Part shown: positions 40,084 to 51,476 of the stretch, in pieces
Numbering within the stretch: the stretch's first letter is position 1
Layout of the letters: each line of letters starts with the position of its first letter
Source of the DNA: Limnochordia bacterium
GTDB taxonomy: Bacteria > Bacillota > Limnochordia > DTU080
Assembly (NCBI GenBank): GCA_050951545.1
Contig: JBMNJG010000002.1
Coordinates: 64,001-128,000, forward strand
Direction: 5' to 3'
DNA: 64,000 nucleotides
Position numbers and translations under genes: made by a program
The notes under the pieces: generated by a model
Told to the model about the DNA's origin: nothing
The model's input: only the letters and a program-made list of their open reading frames with translations
The model's database searches: none

Positions 40084-41532
40084 TCAGTAAGCCCGAGCGT
40101 ACCAGACCGAATGCTTGGCCTCCTCGCCGCATACCGCGCAACGCTCCATTTTCTCAGGAGGCGCAAACGGGATATTGCGCGCCGTAGCCTTAGTCTTCTC
40201 TTTGATGGCTTGCTCGCACTCTAGTTGACCACACCAGCCTGCCAGAACGAACCCTCCGGGTCCGGAAATGGTCTCCGCCAAGGCGGGCAGCGTCGCGGCC
40301 ACATGGGAATGATCATGCAGGAATTGAGAAGCCGCCGACAGCATCTGTGCTTGCACCTTGCCGAGCAAGTCCTCAATACTCGACACCAACCCATCCTGAG
40401 AGAGCACAGACTTCTCGCCAGTATCGCGCCGAACAACCACCACTTGATTGTTCTCCACGTCACGTGGGCCCAGCTCCACACGAAGTGGCACGCCTCGCAA
40501 TTCGTACTCGTTAAACTTCCAGCCTGGGCTGAACTCCTCACGCGTGTCAGCCTGCACGCGCAATCCGGCTTTTTTCAGCATCGCGAACAGATTGTCAAAA
40601 CGCTCGAGCACCATGGCTCGCGTCTTCAGCGGACCGACAGGTATGCAGACCACTTGGACTGGTGCCAGGCGTGGAGGTAGCTTCAAACCCCGATCATCAC
40701 CATGCGCCATCACCACTGCACCAATAAGGCGAGTAGAAACCCCCCATGAAGTGGTGTGGACATACTTCAGCGTGTTATCGCTGTCCAGAAACTGGATATC
40801 AAAGCCCCGAGCAAAATTCTCGCCTAGATAATGCGAAGTCCCCGCCTGCAATGCCCAGCCATCCTTCATCATGGCCTCAATGGAGAAGGTATCGACGGCC
40901 CCGGCGAATTTCTCGCTCGGCGTCTTCTGTCCTTTGATGACTGGTAGCGCCAGCTCATTCCGCACAAACTCGTCATAGACGTCTAGCATGCGCATGGTCT
41001 CTGCTCGCGCCTCTTCTTCCGTGGCATGAGCAGTATGTCCTTCCTGCCAGAGAAACTCAGAGGTACGCAAAAAGGGCAACGTGCGCTTCTCCCAACGTAC
41101 CACATTGGCCCACTGGTTGATGAGCACGGGCAGGTCGCGGTAACTTTGGATCCAACGCTGATACATGTGTCCGATAATAGTCTCTGACGTAGGCCTGATA
41201 GCCAAACGCTCTTCTAGCTTTTCCCCTCCAACTTCAGTTACCCATGGAAGCTCCGGATTGAAGCCTTCTACGTGCTCTTTCTCTTTCTGAAAGAAGCTCT
41301 CCGGGATAAAAAGCGGAAAGTAGGCATTGCGATGGCCTGTCTCTTTGAAACGCTTATCTAGGCCCTGCTGCATCCTCTCCCAGAGCTCGTAACCGTCAGG
41401 GCGAAACACAATGCAACCCCGCACAGGAGAGTAATCCATCAGTTCTGCTCGGCGGATGGTATCAATATACCAACGAGAGAAATCCACGCTTTGCGGCGTG
41501 ATCTCCTGAGAGTACTCCTTTTCAGAAGGCAC
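40084..41532 (-). CDS. proS: Proline--tRNA ligase (archaeal/eukaryote-like type)
   Basis: KEHVEGF, RPTSET, QWANVVRWE, EFLWQEGHT, C-terminal ARAY; GTG start after AAGGAGG. Confidence 0.95.
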   Translation of the reverse strand: MPSEKEYSQEITPQSVDFSRWYIDTIRRAELMDYSPVRGCIVFRPDGYELWERMQQGLDKRFKETGHRNAYFPLFIPESFFQKEKEHVEGFNPELPWVTEVGGEKLEERLAIRPTSETIIGHMYQRWIQSYRDLPVLINQWANVVRWEKRTLPFLRTSEFLWQEGHTAHATEEEARAETMRMLDVYDEFVRNELALPVIKGQKTPSEKFAGAVDTFSIEAMMKDGWALQAGTSHYLGENFARGFDIQFLDSDNTLKYVHTTSWGVSTRLIGAVVMAHGDDRGLKLPPRLAPVQVVCIPVGPLKTRAMVLERFDNLFAMLKKAGLRVQADTREEFSPGWKFNEYELRGVPLRVELGPRDVENNQVVVVRRDTGEKSVLSQDGLVSSIEDLLGKVQAQMLSAASQFLHDHSHVAATLPALAETISGPGGFVLAGWCGQLECEQAIKEKTKATARNIPFAPPEKMERCAVCGEEAKHSVWYARAY

Positions 41533-41577
41533 TAAGCCTTCCTCCTTCACTGGGCGCGGGTACTGCAGGAGTCCAAG

Positions 41578-41975
41578 CTATCCACACCGCTCCCCACGCT
41601 TTTTGGCCCCTCTAAGGGCTGGTATGGCAATTGCAGGTTAGCAGACATCTCGGGGATCTGTCAACCAGGCGATCGGCCTATCCAATCAACAGTATCCACA
41701 GCCTGTGTATAACCTTGTGCATAAGCTGCGAGAAAAAAACACCCAGTCTGGCATATTAGGCAGTCGGCCTGGATAAAATGTGGATAAACCGTGGAAAGCT
41801 GAGGAAGGCTGTTTCACTCCCCCGCAAAGAAACCCTCAATGATGGGCTCTTTCGCTGTGAATAGTATCCACAGGGGGCTGTGGAGATCTAATCATGTCTC
41901 ACATCCTCTTTTCGCCTACACAGCGGTCAACCCGCTGGACAATCCCTGTGGATAACTTGTGGATTGTGTGCATAC
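41578..41975. promoter_or_regulatory. oriC part 1: DnaA-box cluster upstream of dnaA
   Basis: TGTGGATAA at 41779 and 41947; GTATCCACA at 41692 and 41864; TGTGTATAA at 41704; TGTGCATAA at 41716; CTATCCACA at 41578. Confidence 0.9.
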
Positions 41976-42114
41976 TCCTGAGGTCAAGCCGCTGAACCCG
42001 GGGCAGGAGATGCAGAAAACCCTGTAGAATACGAGCCTGCTGCTGGACTACCGAGCGCGTTCACTTTCCGGACGAACATGCTCCGGATGTCCAGTTTCCT
42101 ATCAAGAAGGGAGG

Positions 42115-43572
42115 ATGGCCATCCTCTTGGCTGGCCAATTCTCTATGGTTACTCGCAATGCCGTTGACATATGGTCTCAAGTGCGTGATCGAGTCCGTGA
42201 TGAACTGGACAACCCGAATTACGACTATCTTCTCGAAGGCACACGACCAATCGAGGCCGCTGAGGATTCCCTCACTGTCGGCGTTCCCTCTCAGTTTGCA
42301 CGGGATTGGCTAGACGCTCGTCTCCTGCCCGAACTGGAGCAGTTTCTCCATGCGGTCACAGGCAGGACGTTGCGGCTTACACTTGCAGTTGCTGGCGGTA
42401 GTGCTGAGAACAAGCCCAGCAATGGCTCCGCCAAGGAGGGCCGTTCGCAACAAGCGAAAGAACGAGAGATACCGGGGCAGCAAAGGCTTTCATTTCACTC
42501 TCAGGCATCAGAGGTGGGCAAAGGCAGCCGAACGACCACCCTTGCCGGGGGCCTCCTGCATCCACGCTACACCTTTGACAGTTTTGTGGTGGGAGCCAGC
42601 AATCGTTTCGCACACGCCGGAGCACGTGCCGTGGCCGAGGAGCCCGGTGCTGGCTACAATCCCCTTTTCCTCTACGGCGGCGTAGGCCTAGGTAAGACAC
42701 ACTTGATGCATGCCATCGCCCACTACGCAGCCGAACGCCATCCCAAGCTGCACGTGGTATACGTGACGTCTGAGCGCTTTACCAACGAACTCATTAACTC
42801 CATCATGACAAAATCAACGGCGCAGTTTCGTAGTCTGTATCGTCAAGCTGACATACTGCTCATCGACGATATTCAGTTTGTGGCTGGCAAGGAGCAGACA
42901 CAAGAGGAGATCTTCCATACCTTTAACGCTCTCTATGAGGCTGGAAGACAACTCGTGATCTCAAGCGACCGCCCTCCAAGAGAAATTCCTACGCTTGAAG
43001 ATCGCCTGCGCTCACGCTTCGAATGGGGACTCACTGCAGACATTCAAGCTCCCGATCTGGAGACTCGTATTGCCATTCTACGCCAAAAGGCGCTCACAGA
43101 AGAGTACTCACCCCCAAGTGAGGTACTCACCTACATTGCCAAGCACATACGGTCGAACATTAGAGAACTCGAGGGTGCCCTGATCCGCGTCATGGCCTTT
43201 TCGGCACTCCACGATAATTCGCTGACTGTTGATTTGGCCCAAGAGGCACTCAAAGACGTTGTCACCGCTACCCCACCGCAGATGATCACCATCCCTCTGA
43301 TCCAGGAGACCGTGGCTGATCACTTCAACCTCAAAATAACCGATATGCGTTCGAAAAAGCGCAGTCGTCATGTCGCCTTTCCTCGACAGATTGCTATGTA
43401 TCTGTCTCGAGAACTCACCGATTCCTCACTGCCACGCATAGGTGAGGAGTTCGGTGGTCGCGATCACACCACAGTGATGCATGCTTGCGACAAGATAAAG
43501 AGCGAAAGTGCCACCGATGCGAATCTCGCCGCTACCTTGCAAGAGCTACGTGTGCGACTAGAGGCAGAGTAG
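42115..43572 (+). CDS. dnaA: Chromosomal replication initiator DnaA
   Basis: YNPLFLYGGVGLGKTHL, LLIDDIQF, GGRDHTTV; exact start uncertain. Confidence 0.98.
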   Translation: MAILLAGQFSMVTRNAVDIWSQVRDRVRDELDNPNYDYLLEGTRPIEAAEDSLTVGVPSQFARDWLDARLLPELEQFLHAVTGRTLRLTLAVAGGSAENKPSNGSAKEGRSQQAKEREIPGQQRLSFHSQASEVGKGSRTTTLAGGLLHPRYTFDSFVVGASNRFAHAGARAVAEEPGAGYNPLFLYGGVGLGKTHLMHAIAHYAAERHPKLHVVYVTSERFTNELINSIMTKSTAQFRSLYRQADILLIDDIQFVAGKEQTQEEIFHTFNALYEAGRQLVISSDRPPREIPTLEDRLRSRFEWGLTADIQAPDLETRIAILRQKALTEEYSPPSEVLTYIAKHIRSNIRELEGALIRVMAFSALHDNSLTVDLAQEALKDVVTATPPQMITIPLIQETVADHFNLKITDMRSKKRSRHVAFPRQIAMYLSRELTDSSLPRIGEEFGGRDHTTVMHACDKIKSESATDANLAATLQELRVRLEAE

Positions 43573-43576
43573 ACCC

Positions 43577-43830
43577 TGTGGATAACTATGCCCTGAAATG
43601 GGGATAGTCCTGTTTTTATGCTGTGATATGCCTGTTGATTAGTTGTGGATAACCTAAACTTTAAAGCGCCATCCGCAGGATCCTGGGGATGATGAGGATA
43701 AGAAAAACAAGACACCCACACCTAGTCTACAGGTGCAAAACAGCCAAGAGGGCTCGTTTGGAGCGGATATCCACACGGCCCACAGCCTTTACTACTACTA
43801 CGGCTAATGTCTATCTATAAAAAGAGATTG
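43577..43830. promoter_or_regulatory. oriC part 2 (dnaA-dnaN): DnaA boxes, DnaA-trios and unwinding region
   Basis: TGTGGATAA at 43577 and 43644; ATATCCACA at 43767 followed by a GC spacer, TACTACTACTAC trios and an AT-rich tract, as in the B. subtilis basal unwinding system. Confidence 0.88.
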
Positions 43831-43910
43831 ATCTTACTAGGAGCAGTAGATCAAGCAAACAACGACCCCGGAGAGGGGTAGAATGGATAAGCGAGGAGGT
43901 TTTCAACAAC

Positions 43911-45080
43911 ATGCAGTTCGCATGCCAGCACCAGGCACTCATGAGAGCGATAGGCACTGTAGAGCGCGCGGTTTCGACGCGCGACGTAATGCCTGTGCTA
44001 AAAGGTATTCTGCTGGAGGCTGAAGACGATCACGTGCGTTTGGTGGCAACGGACCTCGAACTAGGAGTGGAATGTCTCATTCCGGCGCAAGTGACCACTA
44101 CTGGCGTAATGGTTCTTGATGGCAAAGTATTCACCCAAATCGTACGGAAGCTTGATTGTGAGCAGGTGTCCTTTTCCACAGGCGAAGCATCTATGGTATC
44201 CTTAGAGGGCGGCTTAGCTCGTTTTAACTTGCATACCCTACCTCACGAGGAGTTTCCAAGTTTCCCCAGTGTTGGAGAAGAAGCGTTCTGGCGCATGCCG
44301 CAAAGAGACCTAAAGCGGATGATTCGTGAGACGATCTTTGCAGCCGCTAGCGACGAATCTAGGCCAGCCCTGACGGGTGCTATGCTTGAGATCAGTGGCG
44401 ATGAGGTCAGAATGATTTCTACCGACGTCAGTCGTCTTGCCTATCGGTCGTGCCAAGTGCTTGCGTCTGGAGAAAATACCCAGGCTGTCGCTTTGCCTGA
44501 AGGGGAACAACCAGTCGACCAAGCGATTTCGACGAAGACACAGAGCGCTATCGTACCAGCCCGAGCTATGCAAGAGATCATGCGCATGTTAGGCACTGAC
44601 GAAAAAAGCGAAGTTGAGTTTACCATTGCTGATAACCAAGCAGTGTTTCGTGTCCCGGGCGTGACCGTTGTCTCACGAATCATCGAGGGAGAGTTCCCAG
44701 ACTATCGCAGGGCTTTTCCAGGTGAGCAACCTACGCGATTGCGGTTACCACGAGCGGCTTTTTTGGCAGCAGTTGAACGTGCAGCGCTCATTGCTCGTCA
44801 CAGCATGCCACCAATCGTTACCCTGACCGCCTCAGAGGAGTATCTGGCCATCAGCTCAAGAGAGCCCGATGTGGGCCAGGTCTACGAAGAGCTACCAGCC
44901 AAGCTGGAGGGCGTGCCTGCAGAGGCGTCCTATCAAGCCTACTTCTTGACTGAGGTCTTACGCGCTCTCAGTGGAGATGATGTGTTGATGGAGCTGGGCG
45001 AAGGGCTAAAACAGGGCAGTATCCGAAGTGTCGATGACAAAGACTTCCTGTACATACTCATGCCCATACGTGTGGGGTGA
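43911..45080 (+). CDS. dnaN: DNA polymerase III beta clamp
   Basis: ATDLE, SRIIEGEFPDY, C-terminal LMPIR; follows dnaA. Confidence 0.96.
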   Translation: MQFACQHQALMRAIGTVERAVSTRDVMPVLKGILLEAEDDHVRLVATDLELGVECLIPAQVTTTGVMVLDGKVFTQIVRKLDCEQVSFSTGEASMVSLEGGLARFNLHTLPHEEFPSFPSVGEEAFWRMPQRDLKRMIRETIFAAASDESRPALTGAMLEISGDEVRMISTDVSRLAYRSCQVLASGENTQAVALPEGEQPVDQAISTKTQSAIVPARAMQEIMRMLGTDEKSEVEFTIADNQAVFRVPGVTVVSRIIEGEFPDYRRAFPGEQPTRLRLPRAAFLAAVERAALIARHSMPPIVTLTASEEYLAISSREPDVGQVYEELPAKLEGVPAEASYQAYFLTEVLRALSGDDVLMELGEGLKQGSIRSVDDKDFLYILMPIRVG

Positions 45081-45310
45081 AGGTCATCAGAGATGTGAAA
45101 GTAGAGCAAGCTCCTCTTACCTTGGGTCAGTTTCTGAAGATGGCCACCGCTTGGTCCGGGGGAGAAGCGAAGATGATGATTCAAGAGGGAAACGTACAAG
45201 TCAATGGGGTTATAGAGAGGCGGCGGGGACGAAAGCTTGTGGAAGGTGATGTGGTGCACTTGGTCGGATACGAAACCTACCGCCTGGTTAAGGAGCATAG
45301 AGGTGAGTAG
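45077..45310 (+). CDS. yaaA: S4-domain RNA-binding protein YaaA
   Basis: LGQFLK...SGGEAK...VNG...RRGRKL. Confidence 0.9.
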   Translation: MKVIRDVKVEQAPLTLGQFLKMATAWSGGEAKMMIQEGNVQVNGVIERRRGRKLVEGDVVHLVGYETYRLVKEHRGE

Positions 45311-45313
45311 CCT

Positions 45314-46441
45314 TTGCGCGTAAAGCGCCTGCTTCTGAGCTCATACCGAAATTACGATCATCTCGACCTTGAGGTGACGGCGCAACTTTGCATTTTCGTC
45401 GGGGCCAATGCCCAAGGAAAGACGAATCTCTTGGAGGCGCTCTACTACCTAGCTACCACGCGTTCGTTTCGAGCCACCAGAGATGATGAGCTGATCAAAT
45501 GGGGTGCTGATGAAGCGGTTATGGCGTGCGAAGTGGAGCGAGAGGTGGGCCAGTCTGAGATACGAGTTCGCTTGGCCCGAGGCAAGGCCAAGCTGATTGC
45601 AGTGAACGGCCAGACACTGCGTCGGCAATTGGACTTGTTTGGACACCTGAATGTTGTCACCTTTTCGCCTGATGACCTGCAACTGGTCAAAGGTGGACCA
45701 TCAGAACGTCGGAGATTCCTGGACATGGAGCTGGCTCAGATCAGTCCCGCCTACCGGCACGACATGACGACCTATCAGCGGATCCTTCGGCAGCGCAACA
45801 ATCTGCTGAAAGAGATCGCTGAGTGGCGAGCTCAGCCTGACTTACTCGAGGCGTGGGATCTACAGCTAGCCGACACGGGTAGTCGAATCATGGCCAGAAG
45901 AGCTGCAGCCGTAACCCATCTGGCTAGTCTCGCGCATACGGTGCATCAGGAAATCACCCAAGGCAGTGAGCGGCTTACCATTCGGTACCGTCCGTTTTTT
46001 GGCCAAGCTGGTGAAGTGAGCAACTGGCAAAGCCTAGAGATGGTGCGTGAACGTTTTGCTGGCGAGATAAAGCGCCTGCGAGCCGTAGAGATGCGACGAG
46101 GCCAGACTCTCGTGGGACCCCAACGTGATGATTTGGAGTTTCTGATCAACGATAAGGACGTGCGCTCCTATGGTTCACAAGGTCAGCAACGCACCTGCGT
46201 GTTGGCCAGTAAGCTTGCAGAGATTGAGTTCATGCACGCGCAGACCGACACGTATCCGGTTCTACTTCTAGACGATGTGATGTCAGAGCTTGATCAGAGT
46301 AGGCGGCACTACTTCCTAGGTACCGTCAGCGGCCGTGTGCAAACGTTCATCACCACCACAGGTCTGCAGACTTTTCCAGAGGAGTTTCTTTCACAAGCAC
46401 AGGTGACTCGTATTGCAGCGGGGAGGCTCAATCCGCGCTAG
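45314..46441 (+). CDS. recF: DNA replication/repair protein RecF
   Basis: GANAQGKTNLLEA, GSQGQQRT, LLLDDVMSELD. Confidence 0.97.
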   Translation: MRVKRLLLSSYRNYDHLDLEVTAQLCIFVGANAQGKTNLLEALYYLATTRSFRATRDDELIKWGADEAVMACEVEREVGQSEIRVRLARGKAKLIAVNGQTLRRQLDLFGHLNVVTFSPDDLQLVKGGPSERRRFLDMELAQISPAYRHDMTTYQRILRQRNNLLKEIAEWRAQPDLLEAWDLQLADTGSRIMARRAAAVTHLASLAHTVHQEITQGSERLTIRYRPFFGQAGEVSNWQSLEMVRERFAGEIKRLRAVEMRRGQTLVGPQRDDLEFLINDKDVRSYGSQGQQRTCVLASKLAEIEFMHAQTDTYPVLLLDDVMSELDQSRRHYFLGTVSGRVQTFITTTGLQTFPEEFLSQAQVTRIAAGRLNPR

Positions 46442-46482
46442 GCGCATGTCCGCTTTCAAGTGATGTGCAAAGGGGTAGGCTC

Positions 46483-46743
46483 GTGTTTGTTCACATAGGC
46501 GGCGAAGTAGTTGTTGCTCTGCGGGATCTGGTGGCCATCATCGACGTGGCTAGTATGGAGAAGAGTCCCCTCAATGCGCAGTCCATTCAGTTGTGGAGTG
46601 AGCGAGGATCCTTGCAGAGAGTCATGGACGGTCAAGTGAATTCGTGGGTGATTACGACGAACAAGGTCTACGCATCTCCGATTTCAGCAACCACATTACG
46701 CAAGCGCGCCGATGATTTCGTCAAGACTCTCACTAGTCTGTAG
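46483..46743 (+). CDS. remB: DUF370/RemB-like protein
   Basis: FVHIGG...YASPISATTLRKR, between recF and gyrB. Confidence 0.85.
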   Translation: MFVHIGGEVVVALRDLVAIIDVASMEKSPLNAQSIQLWSERGSLQRVMDGQVNSWVITTNKVYASPISATTLRKRADDFVKTLTSL

Positions 46744-46805
46744 GGTACATGCGATTTGGGCGGGGGAAGCGGATGATCGGCGTCACGACGGGGGTTCCAG
46801 TCTGG

Positions 46806-46834
46806 TAGACGGAATCGGCTAAAGAGGGTATACT
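46806..46834 (+). promoter_or_regulatory. SigA-like promoter for gyrB
   Basis: TAGACG-N17-TATACT. Confidence 0.6.
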
Positions 46835-46989
46835 GAGTTGATGGACCTCATGCGGCATGCATAGGTAGCAATCCCGTTTGCTGCAGTTTTACCAGCCAGT
46901 GCCGTGCCGTTTCTCATGTTTGGCGAATGGGCTGAACGCAGCCATTCATGGTAATGCTATGCAAAAGGACTGCCAATGCAGTACCGTAG

Positions 46990-48948
<1,959 letters not shown>

Positions 48949-48992
48949 CGACCGCCAATATCGCAAAAAACGCTGACGGGCGGGTGCAGTAG

Positions 48993-50342
48993 TTGTCGGG
49001 AGAGTGTGCGCAAACCCCAGCTTTTGTCCGCCTCGGGCGCTTCTACGTACCCTTGGCATGCACAGCGATGATGATAGCTACCAGCCACTGGATCATCAGT
49101 ATCGGGCTGGCTCATACGACACAACCCGATGTGGCTCTTGCCAGCTATGCAGTAGGCATGTCTACTCTGGCTCTGTTTGAGACGGCCGCGTCTATGCTTC
49201 GAGTTACGGCCGTGACTCTGGTGCGTGTCAAGGAAGACGTAAGAGTGGTACTTCGAGCTGGTTTTGCTGCGGTAGTGGCTTTCGTAGCGATTGCTGGCGT
49301 TTTTTGCCAGACTCCCGCTCTGCCCTGGGTCTTTCGGCACGTATTGGGCGTGGCACCTGAACTCATACCCTTGGCTGTGACTGTGTTTCGGATCATGCTC
49401 ATTCTGCCAATGGGTTCGGGATTACGTTCGTTTTTCCAGGGACTGATCGTGCGGCAACAGCGGACTGGTTTCGTGATGTTCGCGACGATAGTTCGCCTTG
49501 GCGTCATGACGGCTACCATAGTGACGCTCGTTAAGCTCAGACCCCACTGGGGTGGAGCTATCGGGGCGGTCACCTTCTTGTTGGGTGTGTGGACCGAGGC
49601 CACCTTGTCTTTCTTGGTGTTTCGGCAAGGAAGACACGAAATGGCAAGTCGTGCCACACCGAGTCTGGTAACGAATCGCACAGTGCTGAGTTTTCTGCTC
49701 CCACTTATGGTGTCGGGTATGGTGTCTAACTCTGGGCGCATGTTTCTGAACGCGGGGCTTGCCGGCGAAGGAGTACCAGCGGAGGTACTGGCCGCCTTTG
49801 CTATAGCTTGGAGCGTAGTGTGGGTTATCGCTTCCGCCGTAAGTGGAGTCCATCAGATGCTTCTGGTGTTTGCAGATGATAGGAATCCTGAGATGTTGTC
49901 CGCTATACGCCGCTTCTTCGTCGTGCTTGCTGTGGTGTGTGTGGCGTTGATCGCGGTACTCTCGTTCACGCCCTTGACGAAGCTGGTGTTGCAGAAGGTC
50001 ATGGGCACTCCGGAGGAGCTCATGGCAGGTACTACTCGGGCCATGCGTTGGCTGGTGTTGCTGCCCCTGGCTTTGGCTTGGGAAGAGTGGTTGTTGGGCC
50101 GAATATACCAGCGGCGTCGGACGGACGTCGTCCTTTGGGGTAAGCTAATGAAGGTTGCAGTTATGGGCTTGACAGCAGGACCGGGTTACCGGGTGCTAGC
50201 TTCGCTCGGGTCTGCAGTAGGATCTGTGGCCATGGTGCTTGGACATATTGCCGAGGGAATTGTGTTGGCTGTAGTGTGCCAAAGGCATCGCCAGCAAGCA
50301 CGGACTAGTGCTCTTTATTTGAGAGCAGACCAAGGCCACTGA
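48993..50342 (+). CDS. MATE-like multi-TM transporter
   Basis: About 12 hydrophobic segments with two-repeat MATE-like organisation. Confidence 0.65.
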   Translation: MSGECAQTPAFVRLGRFYVPLACTAMMIATSHWIISIGLAHTTQPDVALASYAVGMSTLALFETAASMLRVTAVTLVRVKEDVRVVLRAGFAAVVAFVAIAGVFCQTPALPWVFRHVLGVAPELIPLAVTVFRIMLILPMGSGLRSFFQGLIVRQQRTGFVMFATIVRLGVMTATIVTLVKLRPHWGGAIGAVTFLLGVWTEATLSFLVFRQGRHEMASRATPSLVTNRTVLSFLLPLMVSGMVSNSGRMFLNAGLAGEGVPAEVLAAFAIAWSVVWVIASAVSGVHQMLLVFADDRNPEMLSAIRRFFVVLAVVCVALIAVLSFTPLTKLVLQKVMGTPEELMAGTTRAMRWLVLLPLALAWEEWLLGRIYQRRRTDVVLWGKLMKVAVMGLTAGPGYRVLASLGSAVGSVAMVLGHIAEGIVLAVVCQRHRQQARTSALYLRADQGH

Positions 50343-50358
50343 GAAGGGTATGTTGGCG

Positions 50359-51411
50359 CTATCGAGATGCCTTCGAGGTAGCGACCGAGTGTGATCGCGT
50401 GGCAGTGTTCGCCTCCGGCCCACTGCTCTCTAAGATGAAGTCTATGGGCATGTTTGAGCCTGATTGGGGCATTGTTGCTAAGTCAAAGACCATCTCACTG
50501 CGCGCGGGAACAGTCTTTTGGGCCAGGAGCCGTTTTTCGTAGGTGGCCGAGGTGGGCATGGGTAGCAGGGTTTCGTCTACCCGCACGAACGCTCGCGATA
50601 CACCGCCTGCTTGCCGAGTGTAGATGCTCAAGCACTGCGGTTGTTCGGTAGGATTGGCAGCAATGATGCGGTAGTGGTGTATGACGCCATAGTTTCCGCG
50701 CAAGACGTGGCTAGTGTTGTTGAGGTAGTTGGCTCGACCCACGGAGAGGACTAGTGGGTCACGCGGCAGGCTATAGGGGACCTCCTCAAAAAGATCAGTG
50801 AGAGGAAAGGCAGCGCTAGATAACGGTTCTGCTGGACAGGGCATTGCCCCTGTGGTTGGAAGAGCAAGCACGCGCACTAAGGCAGGTTCAGGAAGGTTGA
50901 GCACCGCTAAGCCACTGGTGGTGACACCATGAGGCCACGTTACGCTTAGCAGCGTTTCGTCTGCCAAGGCGCCAACGGCGGGTGAGGGTAGCAGCGGTCG
51001 GTCTTCGAGCCAGAATTGCTGGGTCGCGTAATGACCCGCCTGTGTGGGGTCGATATGTTGCGCAGTATAGATACGGGACATGAAAGCTGAAGCGTGCTCT
51101 GCCAGATTGATGACATGCACTTCCAGCACCATGGGCTGTTGGCTTGCGTTAAGATGATGAAAAAGCAAGCGGCAGGAGCCTTGGGCCACGTTCTGGTACA
51201 ATACAGCTGGCCCGGAAACGCGTTCTGGCGAGTTGCTGTAAAGCATGAGGGCGTGGCCACCCTGTTGGGCTGACACGGGGAGTGCCATGAGAGATAGGAA
51301 GAAGAGCAAAGTGAGTGTTTGAAGCCTCCAGCGGACGCAATGGGGCATGCAATGATCCTCCTGCAGCATAGGTGAGGGTTTACCCGTGATTATTCGATTC
51401 GCCCTAAGCAA
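50359..51411 (-). CDS. Secreted hypothetical protein
   Basis: Signal-peptide-like segment ([16 protein letters not shown]); YSNSPE and GNYGV motifs; start uncertain. Confidence 0.6.
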   Translation of the reverse strand: MLRANRIITGKPSPMLQEDHCMPHCVRWRLQTLTLLFFLSLMALPVSAQQGGHALMLYSNSPERVSGPAVLYQNVAQGSCRLLFHHLNASQQPMVLEVHVINLAEHASAFMSRIYTAQHIDPTQAGHYATQQFWLEDRPLLPSPAVGALADETLLSVTWPHGVTTSGLAVLNLPEPALVRVLALPTTGAMPCPAEPLSSAAFPLTDLFEEVPYSLPRDPLVLSVGRANYLNNTSHVLRGNYGVIHHYRIIAANPTEQPQCLSIYTRQAGGVSRAFVRVDETLLPMPTSATYEKRLLAQKTVPARSEMVFDLATMPQSGSNMPIDFILESSGPEANTATRSHSVATSKASR

Positions 51412-51476
51412 ATCCCCCTCGCTGCAGATCTTTATGGGGATACTCGCTGGGCAATGTCAGTATGGAGCGTGATGAC

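Noticed and set aside
41533-41670. T-box leader for proS
   Set aside because: The leader is about 100 nt and lacks the GGTGGNACCGCG T-box sequence.
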